NCBI GenBank assembly: GCA_051599415.1
Contig: AP039689.1
Location: 496,001-560,000 of the forward strand
DNA: 64,000 bases
Reading direction: 5' to 3'
Origin: Savitreella phatthalungensis
Taxonomy: Eukaryota
Shown here: positions 33,796 through 45,240 of the stretch, piece by piece
How the letters are laid out: every line of letters starts with the position of its first letter
Position numbering within the stretch: the first letter of the stretch is position 1
The notes under the pieces: generated by a model
What the model was told of the DNA's origin: nothing
Seen by the model: only the letters and a program-made list of their open reading frames with translations
Databases searched by the model: none
Program-made: the position numbers and the translations under genes

Positions 33796-35071
33796 ATGGC
33801 TGCCAACCAGAAGGTTCGGCGGACGCACCTACAGCCTGGAGCTCTGGATGATCACTTCGTGATTGACACAAAGTCTCGAAACTATCGCAGTGAGCTACTA
33901 TAGCGGATCAGAAGCATGGCGCATATCAGGCTGACCATCTGTAGCTCAATATGCCAACATTTATTACCTCAGGCTCGCACTTCTCAAGCCGCTGGTTCAG
34001 CAGCATGCAGCACAGCGCTGGGGAAGCGTCCGATCGGACCACCAGACTGCCACCCATACTGATCGAATACTGGACACAGTTCAAGGCGAACTTACCTGGC
34101 TGATAGGTACTGTGTACATGGATATGCGCCTCAAGCCAAACATTCTTGAAGATATCAAGATGGATGTGGCCAAAGCTGTGCCTGGCAGCTGGCGCGACCC
34201 ACGCGATCAGATCTCCCTCGAGGATGAAAGTGGGAGGATCCGCCTCGTAGGCGAGCGCCTGACGCGGGAAATCCTCTGTACAGGTATCGTCATCGGCGTT
34301 CTTGGCAGCGAGACTTCAAGCGGAGATTTTGAGGTCGTCGATATAGTCACGGCTGGTTCGCCTCCATTGAGAACTCTATCCGCTGAGCCCGCGGGCCGCA
34401 TTGCAATGATTGCTGGGATTGAGAGCGGATCTCTTGGCATTCTGACGGAGGCTCTGACCGGGGATCTTCCCGGCATGGAGGACATCTCCACACTTGTGTT
34501 ACTTGGCAGCTCAATTTTGCCTGTGCATCATGAAGGCAAATATGGCGCAACAACCTTGTCGCATCCGACAGAGGCAATGAAACGATTGCTCTCCGACCTC
34601 GGAAACATTGATGTTGTCGTGCTTCCGGGCAAGAGCGACCCGTCGAATGTGACCCTGCCCCAGCAAGCGATGCACCGCATTATCTTTGGATGTGGTTCGC
34701 CAGACTTGCGTACCAATCCTTGTTGGCTTGATCTAGCCGGCAGGTCATTTTTATGTTGTAGCGGACAGACGCTGGATGATCTCGAGCACTATGTTGACCA
34801 TGAGGACCGCATCGACCTTATGCAAGCTACTCTAGATTGGCGACATATCGCACCCACCGCTCCCGACACCTTGTGGACATATCCGTTCAGCGATGACGAC
34901 CCTTTCATTCTGAAGCAGTGCCCGGAAGTCTATGCCATCGCAAGCGAGACATTCGCAAGTCGTGTCAATGCGGACGGTACTCTTCTGCTCGCTGTGCCAC
35001 GATTTCGATCATGTAAACAGCTCGTCGTGCTTGATGCGCTGAACTTAAATCTCGAAGTCATTCAGCTCTGA
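33796..35071 (+). CDS. POL31: DNA polymerase delta B subunit (Pol31/Cdc1/POLD2), 2 exons, 406 aa
   Basis: Intron 33890-33944 (GTGAGC..CTGAC..TAG) gives QYANIYYLRL; LEDESGRIRL, PGKSDPSN..LPQQ, WRHIAPTAPDTLW.YPF..DPF. Confidence 0.9.
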
Positions 35072-35489
35072 CACGACTGCAAATCACGTCAAGCTATAAT
35101 CCATTTCCAATATTTGTGCAGGTGATCGATCATCAGGAGCAAATGATGAGTAGATTTCAACGCTGTCGACAGACATGGCGAGCTGTAATCCCATGACAGA
35201 AATCAGCAGACCTCTGAGCTGTCATCCGATAATCGGCCCGTCGATAGTATTGCCTGTGTGCTTGGCTTTGGCCAAGTCACAGCCTATAGACAGGTACTTA
35301 GCTCATTTAGCAAGCCCCTGAGCTCAATGGCTACAGAAATGAAGAGTCAGAATACATATGAAGCTGCAGAAGCTGCGAAACTGGTCTAATAGCACTGCAA
35401 GCTCACAGAAGAGCTCAAGAACCTCATCTGTAGTATGGCTCAGAGTTCTAGACAGAAGCATGACAAATTGCTAGTAATAGGAGGATTGA

Positions 35490-35906
35490 TGTCGCCACCA
35501 TTAGGTGGGCCAGGTCGATTGTATACGGTTCGTACACGACGCCATCACTTCCGCAATCACTCGGTCCATGTATGACAAGATAGTAGCCCCGTGGAGCTGT
35601 TGGATAGTATCGTTCTGTGCTATGTCCTGGTGATGGTGATATTTGGCACGCCGCCTCTGTATGGCGTGCTGTGTGTTTGTACTTAAACCATCCTGCCACG
35701 TCAGCAGAGTTTAAATATGTGTCATTTATAGCACAGTCAGCGTTACTGGCTAGACCATCTTTCATAGAACCTCCGTGTCTGTTCTTCATGTTTGTATCTC
35801 TGCGTGTTCCTTGGCGGACTCCGTCTTGTGTCCTTCTGTGCCGTCTGGCCTGTGTCCGTGTTGCTTTGTCTGTCGCTCTCGAATCATGCGGCCGTCCTCC
35901 GCAACA
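35490..35906 (-). mobile_element. Solo LTR (diverged copy, ~417 bp)
   Basis: Reverse-complement homology over its whole length to 37973-38391; minus-strand termini TGTTGCGG...GGCGACA; no matching TSD. Confidence 0.75.
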
Positions 35907-35950
35907 TCTAGTACAAGAAGACACAGCACGTAGTTTATACCGCACGTAAG

Positions 35951-36171
35951 AAATCATCAACACCAGGACATAGCACAGAACAATACTATTCAACAGCTCC
36001 ACGGGGTTACTATCTTGTCATACATAGACCAAGTGGTTGCGGAATTGACAGCGTCGTGCACGGAGTGTATACAATCGACCTGAAGGACCGAGCGATCGCG
36101 ACAGATTGCGGAAGTGACGGCGTGGTGTACAAGTGTATACAATCGACCCGGAAGACTAAGCGATCGTGACT
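35951..36171 (+). mobile_element. Truncated LTR 3' fragment with tandemly duplicated end
   Basis: caccaggacatagcacagaacaatactatt... matches ~38245-38390; last ~68 bp occur twice (36036-36103, 36104-36171). Confidence 0.65.
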
Positions 36172-37070
36172 GTATACTGAGCCAGATGTGACACTTTGTT
36201 CGATAAAGTCTTTCTGTTGTTTCCAGAATGGCCATCTGCCCAGCATAGCCCTGTGTATACTGTGGTTCTTAAATTACTGGACCGATTGACTCACATGCAT
36301 CTCAATTGGATCATGCAGGTGCCAAGAGACAGTACTATGATCAAAAGCAAGCAAATGGATCATAAATCTGTATGCGAGACAGTTACCGATCTTTCGATCG
36401 GCTTGGCGGCAGACAGTGTAAGCGCCATCTTTACACTCTATGTTTGTGCAACGTAAGTGTGATTCCGAAGATGCATTGTAGCCTTCGGAAAAATTTTGAG
36501 CTCAAACTTCGTTTGACTGTGATTCTAGGTCTCCAGTACAAGCCGGCAATGTTGTGTGGTCTATGTAAGTAAACTGAGCATGATGTGGCTGTTTCTATTG
36601 ACCCATGTTTGCTATTCCAACTCAATGTAATCCACTTGAGAGTCCCTGTTGGTGAGGGTCGAGGTGCCAATCGTCAAAGGCGGTAATCTGTCGAATTTGA
36701 CTACCAGATTTGAGCATATGTGGCAGGAATGCAAATGTCTGATTGCATTCCTATAAGCTTGATGTGGAAAGTGGCAAAAGTTTGACATTGACAAACAGCA
36801 AAACAGACAGGCGTGGCACAAACTCAAAATTATGAGTAAAAAGCAGATAGAGCGAGACAACTTTTGGCGATAGCTAAGAGGCAATCTATAGCGATGTGCC
36901 GTCAGATGAATATTCTCGAAGACAACAAAGATGACATGGCTAACTGCATGGTCACAACTTGCTGAGTATACTTTTAAAGCCTCCACAACTTCACCAGCTT
37001 GTACTGAAGACATACATGGGCGTCTCGGTCGGACAACTGTTTTAAAGAAAAATAGCCAATATTTTGTATG

Positions 37071-37250
37071 TGTCGCGGAAGACAGCCGCAGGACCCAAAA
37101 GCGATAAGAAAAGGCGATACAGACACAAATCAGATGACTCCGAAGGAATCATGCGGAGCTCACCAGATAACACAAAACAGACACAAATGTCTACATACAA
37201 GTAGCAGACATGGAACAAGAGTACAGGCCATTGTTGCGGAGGACGACCGG
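37071..37250 (+). mobile_element. Degenerate LTR 5' fragments
   Basis: tgtcgcggaagacagccgcaggaccc at 37071 and tgttgcggaggacgaccg at 37232 match the LTR 5' end. Confidence 0.5.
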
Positions 37251-37972
37251 AGTAATCAAGCGGTTTATTTGGGCTGCCAAATCTGGGAATGTTGGCCAGA
37301 TTCTTTGATGAATCAGTAGACTTGTACATGCATCAAGTCGGCAGTACTGTACACAAAAGCATTGATTGAAAAACCCTGGCTTAGCTTCCCAGCTCACCAA
37401 GAGTAAATCCTCTAGAGAACATGTGGTTTCTGGTGAAGGCGTCAATCTGAAGGCTGATGCATGCTCTGAAGGACCTTAGATCCAGCCGCATCGATCATGA
37501 GAAGCTGAACCTTCTTGTGCAGCAAGCATGGACATCAGTCTCCGAGGAACGCCTCGTATCTCGTGGAGAGCCTGCCTAGGAGGATATAGTGCATTATCTG
37601 TGCTGAAGAGGAAAACACAAATCATTAGTCTTCGAGAAATATCCGTTTGATCGCGACAGCCCAGAACATCGGTGACATTTTTTCGTGGTCTTCTGGTGTC
37701 TTCCGCGACTGCTTGTGAAGTCTGTCTTCGTCAGTATCATCTATAAATCGTTGTTTCCGTGTCACCTCTTTGACCTGCGTTTGTCCGATACGATAGATAC
37801 GTCATAGAACTGGCAGGTTGGCTGCTGTCAGGGCGCACGTACGGTATGATCTCCGGAATGATCTCGACGCCTACTTCCCCTCGAACAGCTGTTTTGCCTC
37901 GGATGACCCTTGACATATGAGGTTGTGAGCCCTGAAGCTGCGTTTCTGGAGCTCAGAAATTGATCTGCCATT

Positions 37973-38391
37973 TGTCGCGGAGGACGGCCGCAGGACCCGA
38001 GAGCGACGGACGAAGCGACACGGACACGAGACGGACAACACAGGAGGACACAGACGGAGGCCACGGAAGAACACGGAGAGACACGAACAAGAACGAACAG
38101 ATACGGAGGGATTACAAGGGACTGTCTAGACAGTGACATTGACCATGCTATAACTGATACATACCACAGCTCTGCTGTCGTGGCAGGATGGTTTAAGTAC
38201 AAACACACAACACGCCATACAGAGACGGCGTGCCAGATATCACCAATACCAGGACCTAGCACAGAACAATACTATTTGACAGCTCCATACGGGGCTTCTA
38301 TTGTGTCAGACGTAGACCGAGTGATTGCGGAAGTGATGGCTTCGTGTACGAACCGTATACAATCGACCCGGGCCACAGAGTGGCCGCGACA
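37973..38391 (+). mobile_element. Solo LTR, 419 bp, with 5-bp target-site duplication
   Basis: Termini TGTCGCGG...CCGCGACA (8-bp perfect inverted ends, TG..CA); flanked by CCATT at 37968-37972 and 38392-38396. Confidence 0.9.
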
Positions 38392-38676
38392 CCATTTGAG
38401 CCATCTTTGACTGATCTGTCCGATCAAACAAGTTAGTCCATCACTGAAAAGATCTGTGCATCTCCATGACAAACTCCATTCAGCTGTTTCGTTCCGATTA
38501 GACAGATCACTTCTCAATATCTGTCAGAGTAGTGTATTGTCCGATTCTTGCTTACTACCTCTCAATGTTCCCTTGTGACGTTGACACGCGTTATCTCGTC
38601 GCCACAGAGCTAGGTGTCACTATCTTGCACAGCAGGGCGCATACTGAAAGGATCAGAATTTACTCAAGGCAAAAGA

Positions 38677-41600
38677 CTAGGGTGGGGACAATAAAGATTG
38701 TCCCTCGATAAGGTCAACCATAAGCTCCAGCATCTCGCGTCCGAGCGTGCGATTACCCTCAAATTGTGCTCGCAACATTTCAGCGATATGTCGACGCAAC
38801 AAATCGATGAAGACCGCGAACTTAGGCCACGCAGCAACGCGCGCCCAACCATCAATGGTCACGCCCCGGCCATGTGGATCGAGCTCGAAGCTCCTAGTGA
38901 GCAGCATGACAGCTAACGCAGAAGTTGGCTGGCAGAGCTGCACGTAGAGTTTCGTTGTCATCGTCTTTGACAAGAACGACACGAAGTCTCCTTTCGGACC
39001 TCGGAATAGTGTGCTCGAGGGATGCAGAAAGACGCGCTCTTTTTGAGTGTAGAACTTGACTGATCGCATCTCGGTATCTCTCTCGATTGCACCGTGGGCC
39101 GTTGCAAGATATCTTCGATCTGGCCATGCCACACGGCAGAAAGGCAGTGAGGCGGCAAGTAATGCAGCGATCACTTTATTGGAGGGCTCTGAGACACTAA
39201 TCAAGCCGATTTCCGAAAGGAGAAGTCGATACTGTGCTGCATTAGAGTCGATCTCACGCACAGCAGCATCAGAAACATTGTCCGGCCGAAGGCCTGCCTG
39301 CCAAGCGTTGAAGGCAGCTTCCATTGCAAAGACATCGCCGTCAGGATGGCTTAGCTCGACCCGGCCCTTGAACGGCGACCTGCTAAGGCAACCGGCAATA
39401 ATACTGGCGCGTTCTGTCCCTCCGAAAATATGCGCAAGCACCAAGAACTTCCCGACGCGCAAGTCCGCTGGAATCAGGGAGACCAGCCTGCCTAGTTCCG
39501 TAAGCGCATTTTCATTTTCTTCTTTGAGACCGAGTTCCACTAATAAGTTGAGAGCGACGTCAATCATGCGAGTCTCCGGCGGCGAGATGACCGACTGCAA
39601 GATCCGGCGCGGCTCACGGCCCATGGCAAGGATGGACAAGCACAGCTGTTCCAAGGGAACGCGTAGAATTTCGGGCACCGTGTGTTTTGGCATCTTGACT
39701 GCTTGCAAGGCGCGCGTGTAGCACAAAAGAGCCACGCCTGAACGCGTTCGGCCCGCACGTCCATGTCGTTGTTTGCTTGCTGCCTGCGAGATCCAAGTCT
39801 CGCGGAACATCATAACGTCTTCATACTCCATTTGCTTGACTCGACCGCTATCGATGACAACAACGACGTCATCAATAGTGATGGATGTCTCGGCAATGTT
39901 GGTCGCGAAGATGACTTTTCGCAGTCCGGCCGGAGGATGACGGAAGACCTTGCGTTGCTCAATCCCGCTGAGTCCAGCATGTAATGGCAAACACCATCTG
40001 TTGTAGGATCCGAAGCGCGAGACAGCAGCGACAATATCGGCTACGCCCGGGAGGAAAACGAGCACGGCATCGCCTATTGGTCGGGTATCCACAATCTGTA
40101 AATACCGATCAATCAGCTCAAGATTCGCTCCATTAGCCAAGAGTGTCCCGAAGTCGTGGTCATCTAGATACGATATCTCGACCGGGAACGTTCTTCCGGG
40201 TATGTTGACGTGTTCGCAGCCGCCAAAGTATCTGCAGAAGAGATCAGCATCGAATGAGGCACTCATCAGGATGATCTTGAGCTGTGGTAATTTATCCAAG
40301 GCGTCGCGAAGGATGGCCAACAGGAAATCAGATTCCACGCTGCGTTCGTGCACTTCATCGACGATTATGTGGGTCACGCGTTCGACAGATGCCATTGAGA
40401 TCATACGTCGAAGCAAAACCCCTGTTGTCACGTACTCCAACCGTGTCTTGACAGTTCGCGACGATTCACCGCGAACTGTGAAAGCAACGTCCATTTCAGC
40501 TCGTTCTTGCGAGACTCTCTCGGCAAGCGAGATCGCTGAAATGCGTCGCGGTTGTGTGCAAATAATTCGGCTTGAAGGGTGCCCATCGAGGAGGAACTGC
40601 GGTACCTGGGTGCTTTTGCCAGATCCTGTTTCACCAGAGACGACGACCACTCGGCCCGTATTCACAGCAGAAACAACGGCGCCCCGCGCTGACCAAGCCG
40701 GCAGGGCTTTGCGACCTGGGGTTGCCTCTGACGGACTAGTCAGCAAGGGCGCCGAAAAGGTCCATAAAGTTTCCTTTTTTTTTGCAGGGCGCCTCGAGAG
40801 CCTGTTGACACCCGCCACAGTCATCGAAGACAGAGCTAGTAAGGGTTCGACCTCATTCATCCAGAAGGGCACCGATTCCTTGGCTGTATCGACAAGACCG
40901 AACATCCATCCCTCGGATGCGAACTCTTTAGCTGCTGCAAGGAGCTTCTGTAAGACTGAGAGCTTCAGCCAGCTCGGAACCCTTTCATTGTACTGAAGAC
41001 CAATGACCGGCGTATCATAACCTTGAGGAGGAGGTAGGCAGCGCAGCGTAATGCCCTTGGAGATTTCAAGCTCGAAGCTTGGACCATCGAATTTGACCTC
41101 TTCATATATGTTCTTTAAGGTAAAGCGCTCGCTCTCGAAGTTGGTATCCAGGAAGCGGGGGCCATTGCCGTCCATCAATCTTTCTTGTAGGTACACGCCG
41201 GCAAGCTGCTCTAACGAGAGCGACGATTGATCCAAAGCAGTTTTCGAAAGATCCTGAACGATCCGCTGCACCGTCTCTGTCGCATAACCCCAACTTATGA
41301 GACGACGGGCAACGAGCTCTCTCCGTAGACCATCTTGGTCGAAGTTCGAGCCACTGATCTCATGGAGATGAGACGGTGGCAAAAACCTCGCAGGCAGATC
41401 ATCCTCGGGAACGAAAAGCAGTAGAAATTCGAGTGCTGCTGAGACTGAAGAAGAATTGCTCAGCGCTTCTTGAGCATGTGCTTCCCTAAAACCAAGACGA
41501 ACGAAATGCTCAACATCGCTACTCTTTACCTTCTGACCATCTGTAAGGCCGATCTGTAGCTGACGCAATGTCTGCGCCATGCGCTTCCGCATCTCCTTAC

Positions 41601-42315
41601 TGATGACAACTTCAGGAACATTGGCAAATAAAGTGGGGACCACGGGCGAGCATTGCTGATCAGTGGCATTAACGTGCCGACCGATGGATTCGTGTCTCTC
41701 CATAATCTTATCGTGCTCGGCTTGTCCTATCCATGGGTCTTCTTGATAGCGCCACTGTGCAGCGTTTGCCACTGTCTTACGAATGCCTTCGAGCGTCCGC
41801 CAAAGACCTCGGTGCTCCGACGGCAGTTGCATCGACCAATTCAGGCGATTCGCGACTCGGTGCAGCGCCCAGACAGCTGCGAAATTGCGTGCCTCGAGCG
41901 CACTCGCCATTGGAAGATCGCGAAGCGCTGCAACTTCATCGGCTTGTGGCTTTAGAACCACCGTGGCCACTTCATTCGAACGTGGATTTTTACGAGCCAG
42001 GGTGACGCCGTAGATGACATGCTTCCCATGTCGTATGCCGACAGCAAACTCTGGTTTCTGCCACTTGTGCTTCTGACAGTATTCGCTCAGTAGGGCTGTG
42101 GGCAATTTACCGGTCCAGCTGGCATTTGCGACGATAGCTTTGGCTGAAGGCTTATGATCAACAGGTACGTCCGATATAGGTCGCAATGAAAGAACCTGCT
42201 TGCCGGACACGGTCTGACAGATGTCTCGACCACGAGTCTTCTCGGTGGCAACTTGCGCGGCGGTCTGCTTCGCTGTAGCCGGTGCACTGCGGTTCTTTTG
42301 CGCAGACTTGCCCAT
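38677..42315 (-). CDS. DEAH-box RNA helicase (DHX57/YLR419W/Ucp12-like) with dsRBD-like, UBA and RWD-like N-terminal regions
   Basis: GETGSGKSTQ, TQPRRISA, DEVHER, ATNIAETSITIDDV, GRAGR; LGF..AHAQEAL...ALEFLLLFVPEDDLP. Confidence 0.9.
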   Translation of the reverse strand: MGKSAQKNRSAPATAKQTAAQVATEKTRGRDICQTVSGKQVLSLRPISDVPVDHKPSAKAIVANASWTGKLPTALLSEYCQKHKWQKPEFAVGIRHGKHVIYGVTLARKNPRSNEVATVVLKPQADEVAALRDLPMASALEARNFAAVWALHRVANRLNWSMQLPSEHRGLWRTLEGIRKTVANAAQWRYQEDPWIGQAEHDKIMERHESIGRHVNATDQQCSPVVPTLFANVPEVVISKEMRKRMAQTLRQLQIGLTDGQKVKSSDVEHFVRLGFREAHAQEALSNSSSVSAALEFLLLFVPEDDLPARFLPPSHLHEISGSNFDQDGLRRELVARRLISWGYATETVQRIVQDLSKTALDQSSLSLEQLAGVYLQERLMDGNGPRFLDTNFESERFTLKNIYEEVKFDGPSFELEISKGITLRCLPPPQGYDTPVIGLQYNERVPSWLKLSVLQKLLAAAKEFASEGWMFGLVDTAKESVPFWMNEVEPLLALSSMTVAGVNRLSRRPAKKKETLWTFSAPLLTSPSEATPGRKALPAWSARGAVVSAVNTGRVVVVSGETGSGKSTQVPQFLLDGHPSSRIICTQPRRISAISLAERVSQERAEMDVAFTVRGESSRTVKTRLEYVTTGVLLRRMISMASVERVTHIIVDEVHERSVESDFLLAILRDALDKLPQLKIILMSASFDADLFCRYFGGCEHVNIPGRTFPVEISYLDDHDFGTLLANGANLELIDRYLQIVDTRPIGDAVLVFLPGVADIVAAVSRFGSYNRWCLPLHAGLSGIEQRKVFRHPPAGLRKVIFATNIAETSITIDDVVVVIDSGRVKQMEYEDVMMFRETWISQAASKQRHGRAGRTRSGVALLCYTRALQAVKMPKHTVPEILRVPLEQLCLSILAMGREPRRILQSVISPPETRMIDVALNLLVELGLKEENENALTELGRLVSLIPADLRVGKFLVLAHIFGGTERASIIAGCLSRSPFKGRVELSHPDGDVFAMEAAFNAWQAGLRPDNVSDAAVREIDSNAAQYRLLLSEIGLISVSEPSNKVIAALLAASLPFCRVAWPDRRYLATAHGAIERDTEMRSVKFYTQKERVFLHPSSTLFRGPKGDFVSFLSKTMTTKLYVQLCQPTSALAVMLLTRSFELDPHGRGVTIDGWARVAAWPKFAVFIDLLRRHIAEMLRAQFEGNRTLGREMLELMVDLIEGQSLLSPP

Positions 42316-42953
42316 TCACCTATGCGGTGTGCAGGGTTAGTATGATTACAATTGACATTTCAGAAGGTCGAGACATTGAGGGATAATCACGTGCGAAGTT
42401 GCGCGCAACGAAGCTAATTAACGTGTCAAATAGACATATACTGTACATACCGTACGTGCAACTGTGTCTAGTTTGACGTCTCGGACAAGGATGTGTGCCG
42501 CAATCTTCGCACGAGATGGCCGCAGCTCAGTAGGGTCAGATTTTGAGTGATGCGCTAGACTCAAACCACGTTGAGATTCCCCGAGGGTCCTGGAGAAGTT
42601 CGAGATTCTCAGCCTCCGCAGAAGCCGGATAACCGTGTTCGCCAAAAATACTGTGCGATCTCATACAGCACAGCGGTAGGGCTTGTCATGATATTGAGAG
42701 GGACGGTAGTGGAGAACATAGCCAAAGAGGAGGCTATGACCCTTGTCCTTTCAATGGATCGAGTCGCCGCATGGAACCCACTGTGAACGCCATATCGCAT
42801 TAACGCGCGTCGCAAATCCAGGATGCGAGCAGGCGAGATCGTATGCGTGATTATCTTACTTGCGATGCGTTACACGCGCATTTTGCCATGCGCATCCTCC
42901 TGCAACCCTAGCAGGATCGGGCGCGATTGTGTCTGTGCGCCGCGTTCGTAAGA

Positions 42954-44477
42954 TCACTTCGCGCGGGTCGTGAAGCATGGCTCGATCTCGTACACAAGTA
43001 CAGCTTCGGTACTCGTGCCATCCCAGCCGCGATTACCGCTGGCTGATATGGCGTAACGACACACGGGATCGATGTAGAAGTCCGAAACGGTGCCGCCGTG
43101 ATGACCAGGCACGATCAGGAAGGGCAGCGTTGTCGATTTCGCCTCTAGATCGTAGAGTCTCACATTGTCATGCGATGCTGCAATAAGTGAACGTCTGTTT
43201 GGCAGCATTTTTACGAGAGTTACTGGCCCAGAATTGTTCGGCATCTTGAGCTGTTTGAACGGCTTCTGGAAGTTCCGGACGTCGTATCCCTCGACTGTGG
43301 CGTTGCGTCGACCGACGTAAAAGGCTTCACCGTCGACTGACCAACAGGCAGACATGCACCATGGCGGCGAGCCTCGGCTGGGTGAAATGCGGGTCAAACA
43401 TCGAGCTTGCCTTCGATCCCATAAAGAGATCATACCATCGATCGAGGCGCATAGCAATGTATCTGTCGGTGCTGCATAACCTTCGCGAGAGTCCGGGTTC
43501 GCCGACGCTGCCGGGAGCACAAGATCCTCCTCGTCGAACAGCGGGTCGAATGAATCATTGGATCTAGGAGATAGAGCAGCATTGACTTGGTTGCTCTCAG
43601 TAGCTTCACTTGTATCTGCAACCTGATCCGATGCTTGGGATTCTGCCCGTATCACCGGGCCGCCGGGTCGCATGGCGAGCGCCGCAACTTGCCCTGTCAC
43701 ATCGTGGCCGATGAGGAAGTTCCGGCGAGATTGTCCGGTGTTGAGATCCCATTCGTTTAAATGCTTGTCCCAGCCACCGCTCAAGCATGTTCGCTCGTCT
43801 TCGAGAAGCATGAGCACCGACACGGGCCCCGTGTGACCTTCGAGTGTCGCCACTACTCGCCCCTCGTCCACGCGTACACTGTGAAGATTGATCCGGCCAT
43901 TCGCTAAGCCGGAGAGAGACCATAGGCCTTCCGGATGCACTGCCAGACTATAGACTGCTTGCGTCTCTTCTTCTTCCGATGCATCCCAATAAGATGTGAG
44001 AACTCCTGAACGTTGCACACTGTCCACGAAAGGATGCTTCTGTGCAACTGTCAAAGGCACTTTGCCCGAGATTGTCAGGGCAAAATCGTACTTACGAATA
44101 TAGCCATCTTGTCCTGCAGTCAATAGCCACCGTAATCCTCGTGTGACAGCTACGCAGTGTGCATGTGTCGCCTGTGGTGCGGCTACCACTGGTACGAGGT
44201 CGTAGTAATCGCATACTCTGGCTCCAGTCTGCAGGGGGAAGTCATTGAGCTCCGGGCTAGTGCAAGATGCCGTGGTGCCCCTCCTCGATACTGCTGATTC
44301 TCCCTCGCGATCTTGGTCTTCGTCTGATTCCGACAGGCTGGAGGCAGACGTATCGTCGGGGACTTCCAGGCGGTTCTGCGGCGTGAACGCATGGCCTGAG
44401 ACTCCGTCGCCAGCCTGAGTGTCGGTTCGGGACCGTGGCTCGTGGCAAACTGCAACTCGTCGATCGTCCCCATCCAT
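42954..44477 (-). CDS. SPT8: SAGA complex WD40 subunit Spt8
   Basis: GQDGYIRKYD, PLTVAQKHPFVDS, PPWCMSACWS, GRRN, PFLIVPGHHGG, SGNRGW. Confidence 0.92.
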   Translation of the reverse strand: MDGDDRRVAVCHEPRSRTDTQAGDGVSGHAFTPQNRLEVPDDTSASSLSESDEDQDREGESAVSRRGTTASCTSPELNDFPLQTGARVCDYYDLVPVVAAPQATHAHCVAVTRGLRWLLTAGQDGYIRKYDFALTISGKVPLTVAQKHPFVDSVQRSGVLTSYWDASEEEETQAVYSLAVHPEGLWSLSGLANGRINLHSVRVDEGRVVATLEGHTGPVSVLMLLEDERTCLSGGWDKHLNEWDLNTGQSRRNFLIGHDVTGQVAALAMRPGGPVIRAESQASDQVADTSEATESNQVNAALSPRSNDSFDPLFDEEDLVLPAASANPDSREGYAAPTDTLLCASIDGMISLWDRRQARCLTRISPSRGSPPWCMSACWSVDGEAFYVGRRNATVEGYDVRNFQKPFKQLKMPNNSGPVTLVKMLPNRRSLIAASHDNVRLYDLEAKSTTLPFLIVPGHHGGTVSDFYIDPVCRYAISASGNRGWDGTSTEAVLVYEIEPCFTTRAK

Positions 44478-44702
44478 TAGCTCGACCAGGATCTGGCGAT
44501 ACTCCGGCTTATCTGGCGCACGATGTAAACATTACACGTTTATTGCATACATAAATATATGGGTACACCGTGCATTTTGCTTCGATCTGTCCGAGACTTC
44601 CGGCGGATCACGAAGTGCATGTACCTGCATAATTAATTGAAGTAAAGAGTTCGTCCGAAGAACCACGACGAGCGGGATAGGTGCGACCTTGGGAGCAGTC
44701 AG

Positions 44703-45191
44703 ATGTCGCTGTCCGAATACTGCACGCCATACGCGGCCTTCTTCGGATTCGCAGGCGTTGCCGCCTCGATGATCTTTTCGTCCATCGGCGCCGCATATGG
44801 TACCGCGAAGGCGGGTATCGGCATTGCCGGCGTGGGTCAATTTGATCCAACGCTCATCATGAAGTCGTTGATACCCGTCGTGATGTCGGGTATTATCGCC
44901 GTATACGGTCTCGTTATGGCTGTGCTCATCTCTGGAGATATGAGCCCTGCAGAAAATTACAGTCTTTATAATGGCTTCATACATCTGGCAGCTGGCAGCT
45001 GTGTCGGCTTGACTGGTCTGGCCGCGGGGTATACTATTGGTGTTATCGGTGATGCCGGAGTGCGCGCATTCCTAGAGCAGCAACGGATCTTTGTGTCAAT
45101 GGTCTTGATTCTCATTTTCGCGGAGGTTCTCGGCCTTTACGGCTTGATTGTGGGATTGATTCTCAACACCAAGACGACTGCAGAGTGCTAG
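44703..45191 (+). CDS. VMA11: V-ATPase proteolipid subunit c'
   Basis: [50 protein letters not shown]. Confidence 0.9.
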   Translation: MSLSEYCTPYAAFFGFAGVAASMIFSSIGAAYGTAKAGIGIAGVGQFDPTLIMKSLIPVVMSGIIAVYGLVMAVLISGDMSPAENYSLYNGFIHLAAGSCVGLTGLAAGYTIGVIGDAGVRAFLEQQRIFVSMVLILIFAEVLGLYGLIVGLILNTKTTAEC

Positions 45192-45240
45192 CAACATGGT
45201 TCTGACAACGCGTCAATATCACTCACACAATCAATAGTGG

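Noticed and set aside
35448..36002. 184-aa ORF with an apparent paralogue at 38180-38410
   Set aside because: Similarity is explained by the LTR repeat; frames are not conserved between copies
37232..37658. Possible additional solo LTR (TGTTGCGG...TCGCGACA, 427 bp)
   Set aside because: Interior does not resemble the other LTRs and flanks (GCCAT/GCCCA) are not a clean TSD
42330..42910. Telomerase RNA candidate (AACCCT-like words plus Sm-like site)
   Set aside because: Template-like words are imperfect and in the wrong order or strand relative to the Sm-like site
44532..44984. Long antisense ORFs opposite VMA11 and other genes
   Set aside because: Shadow ORFs arising from codon bias of the real gene
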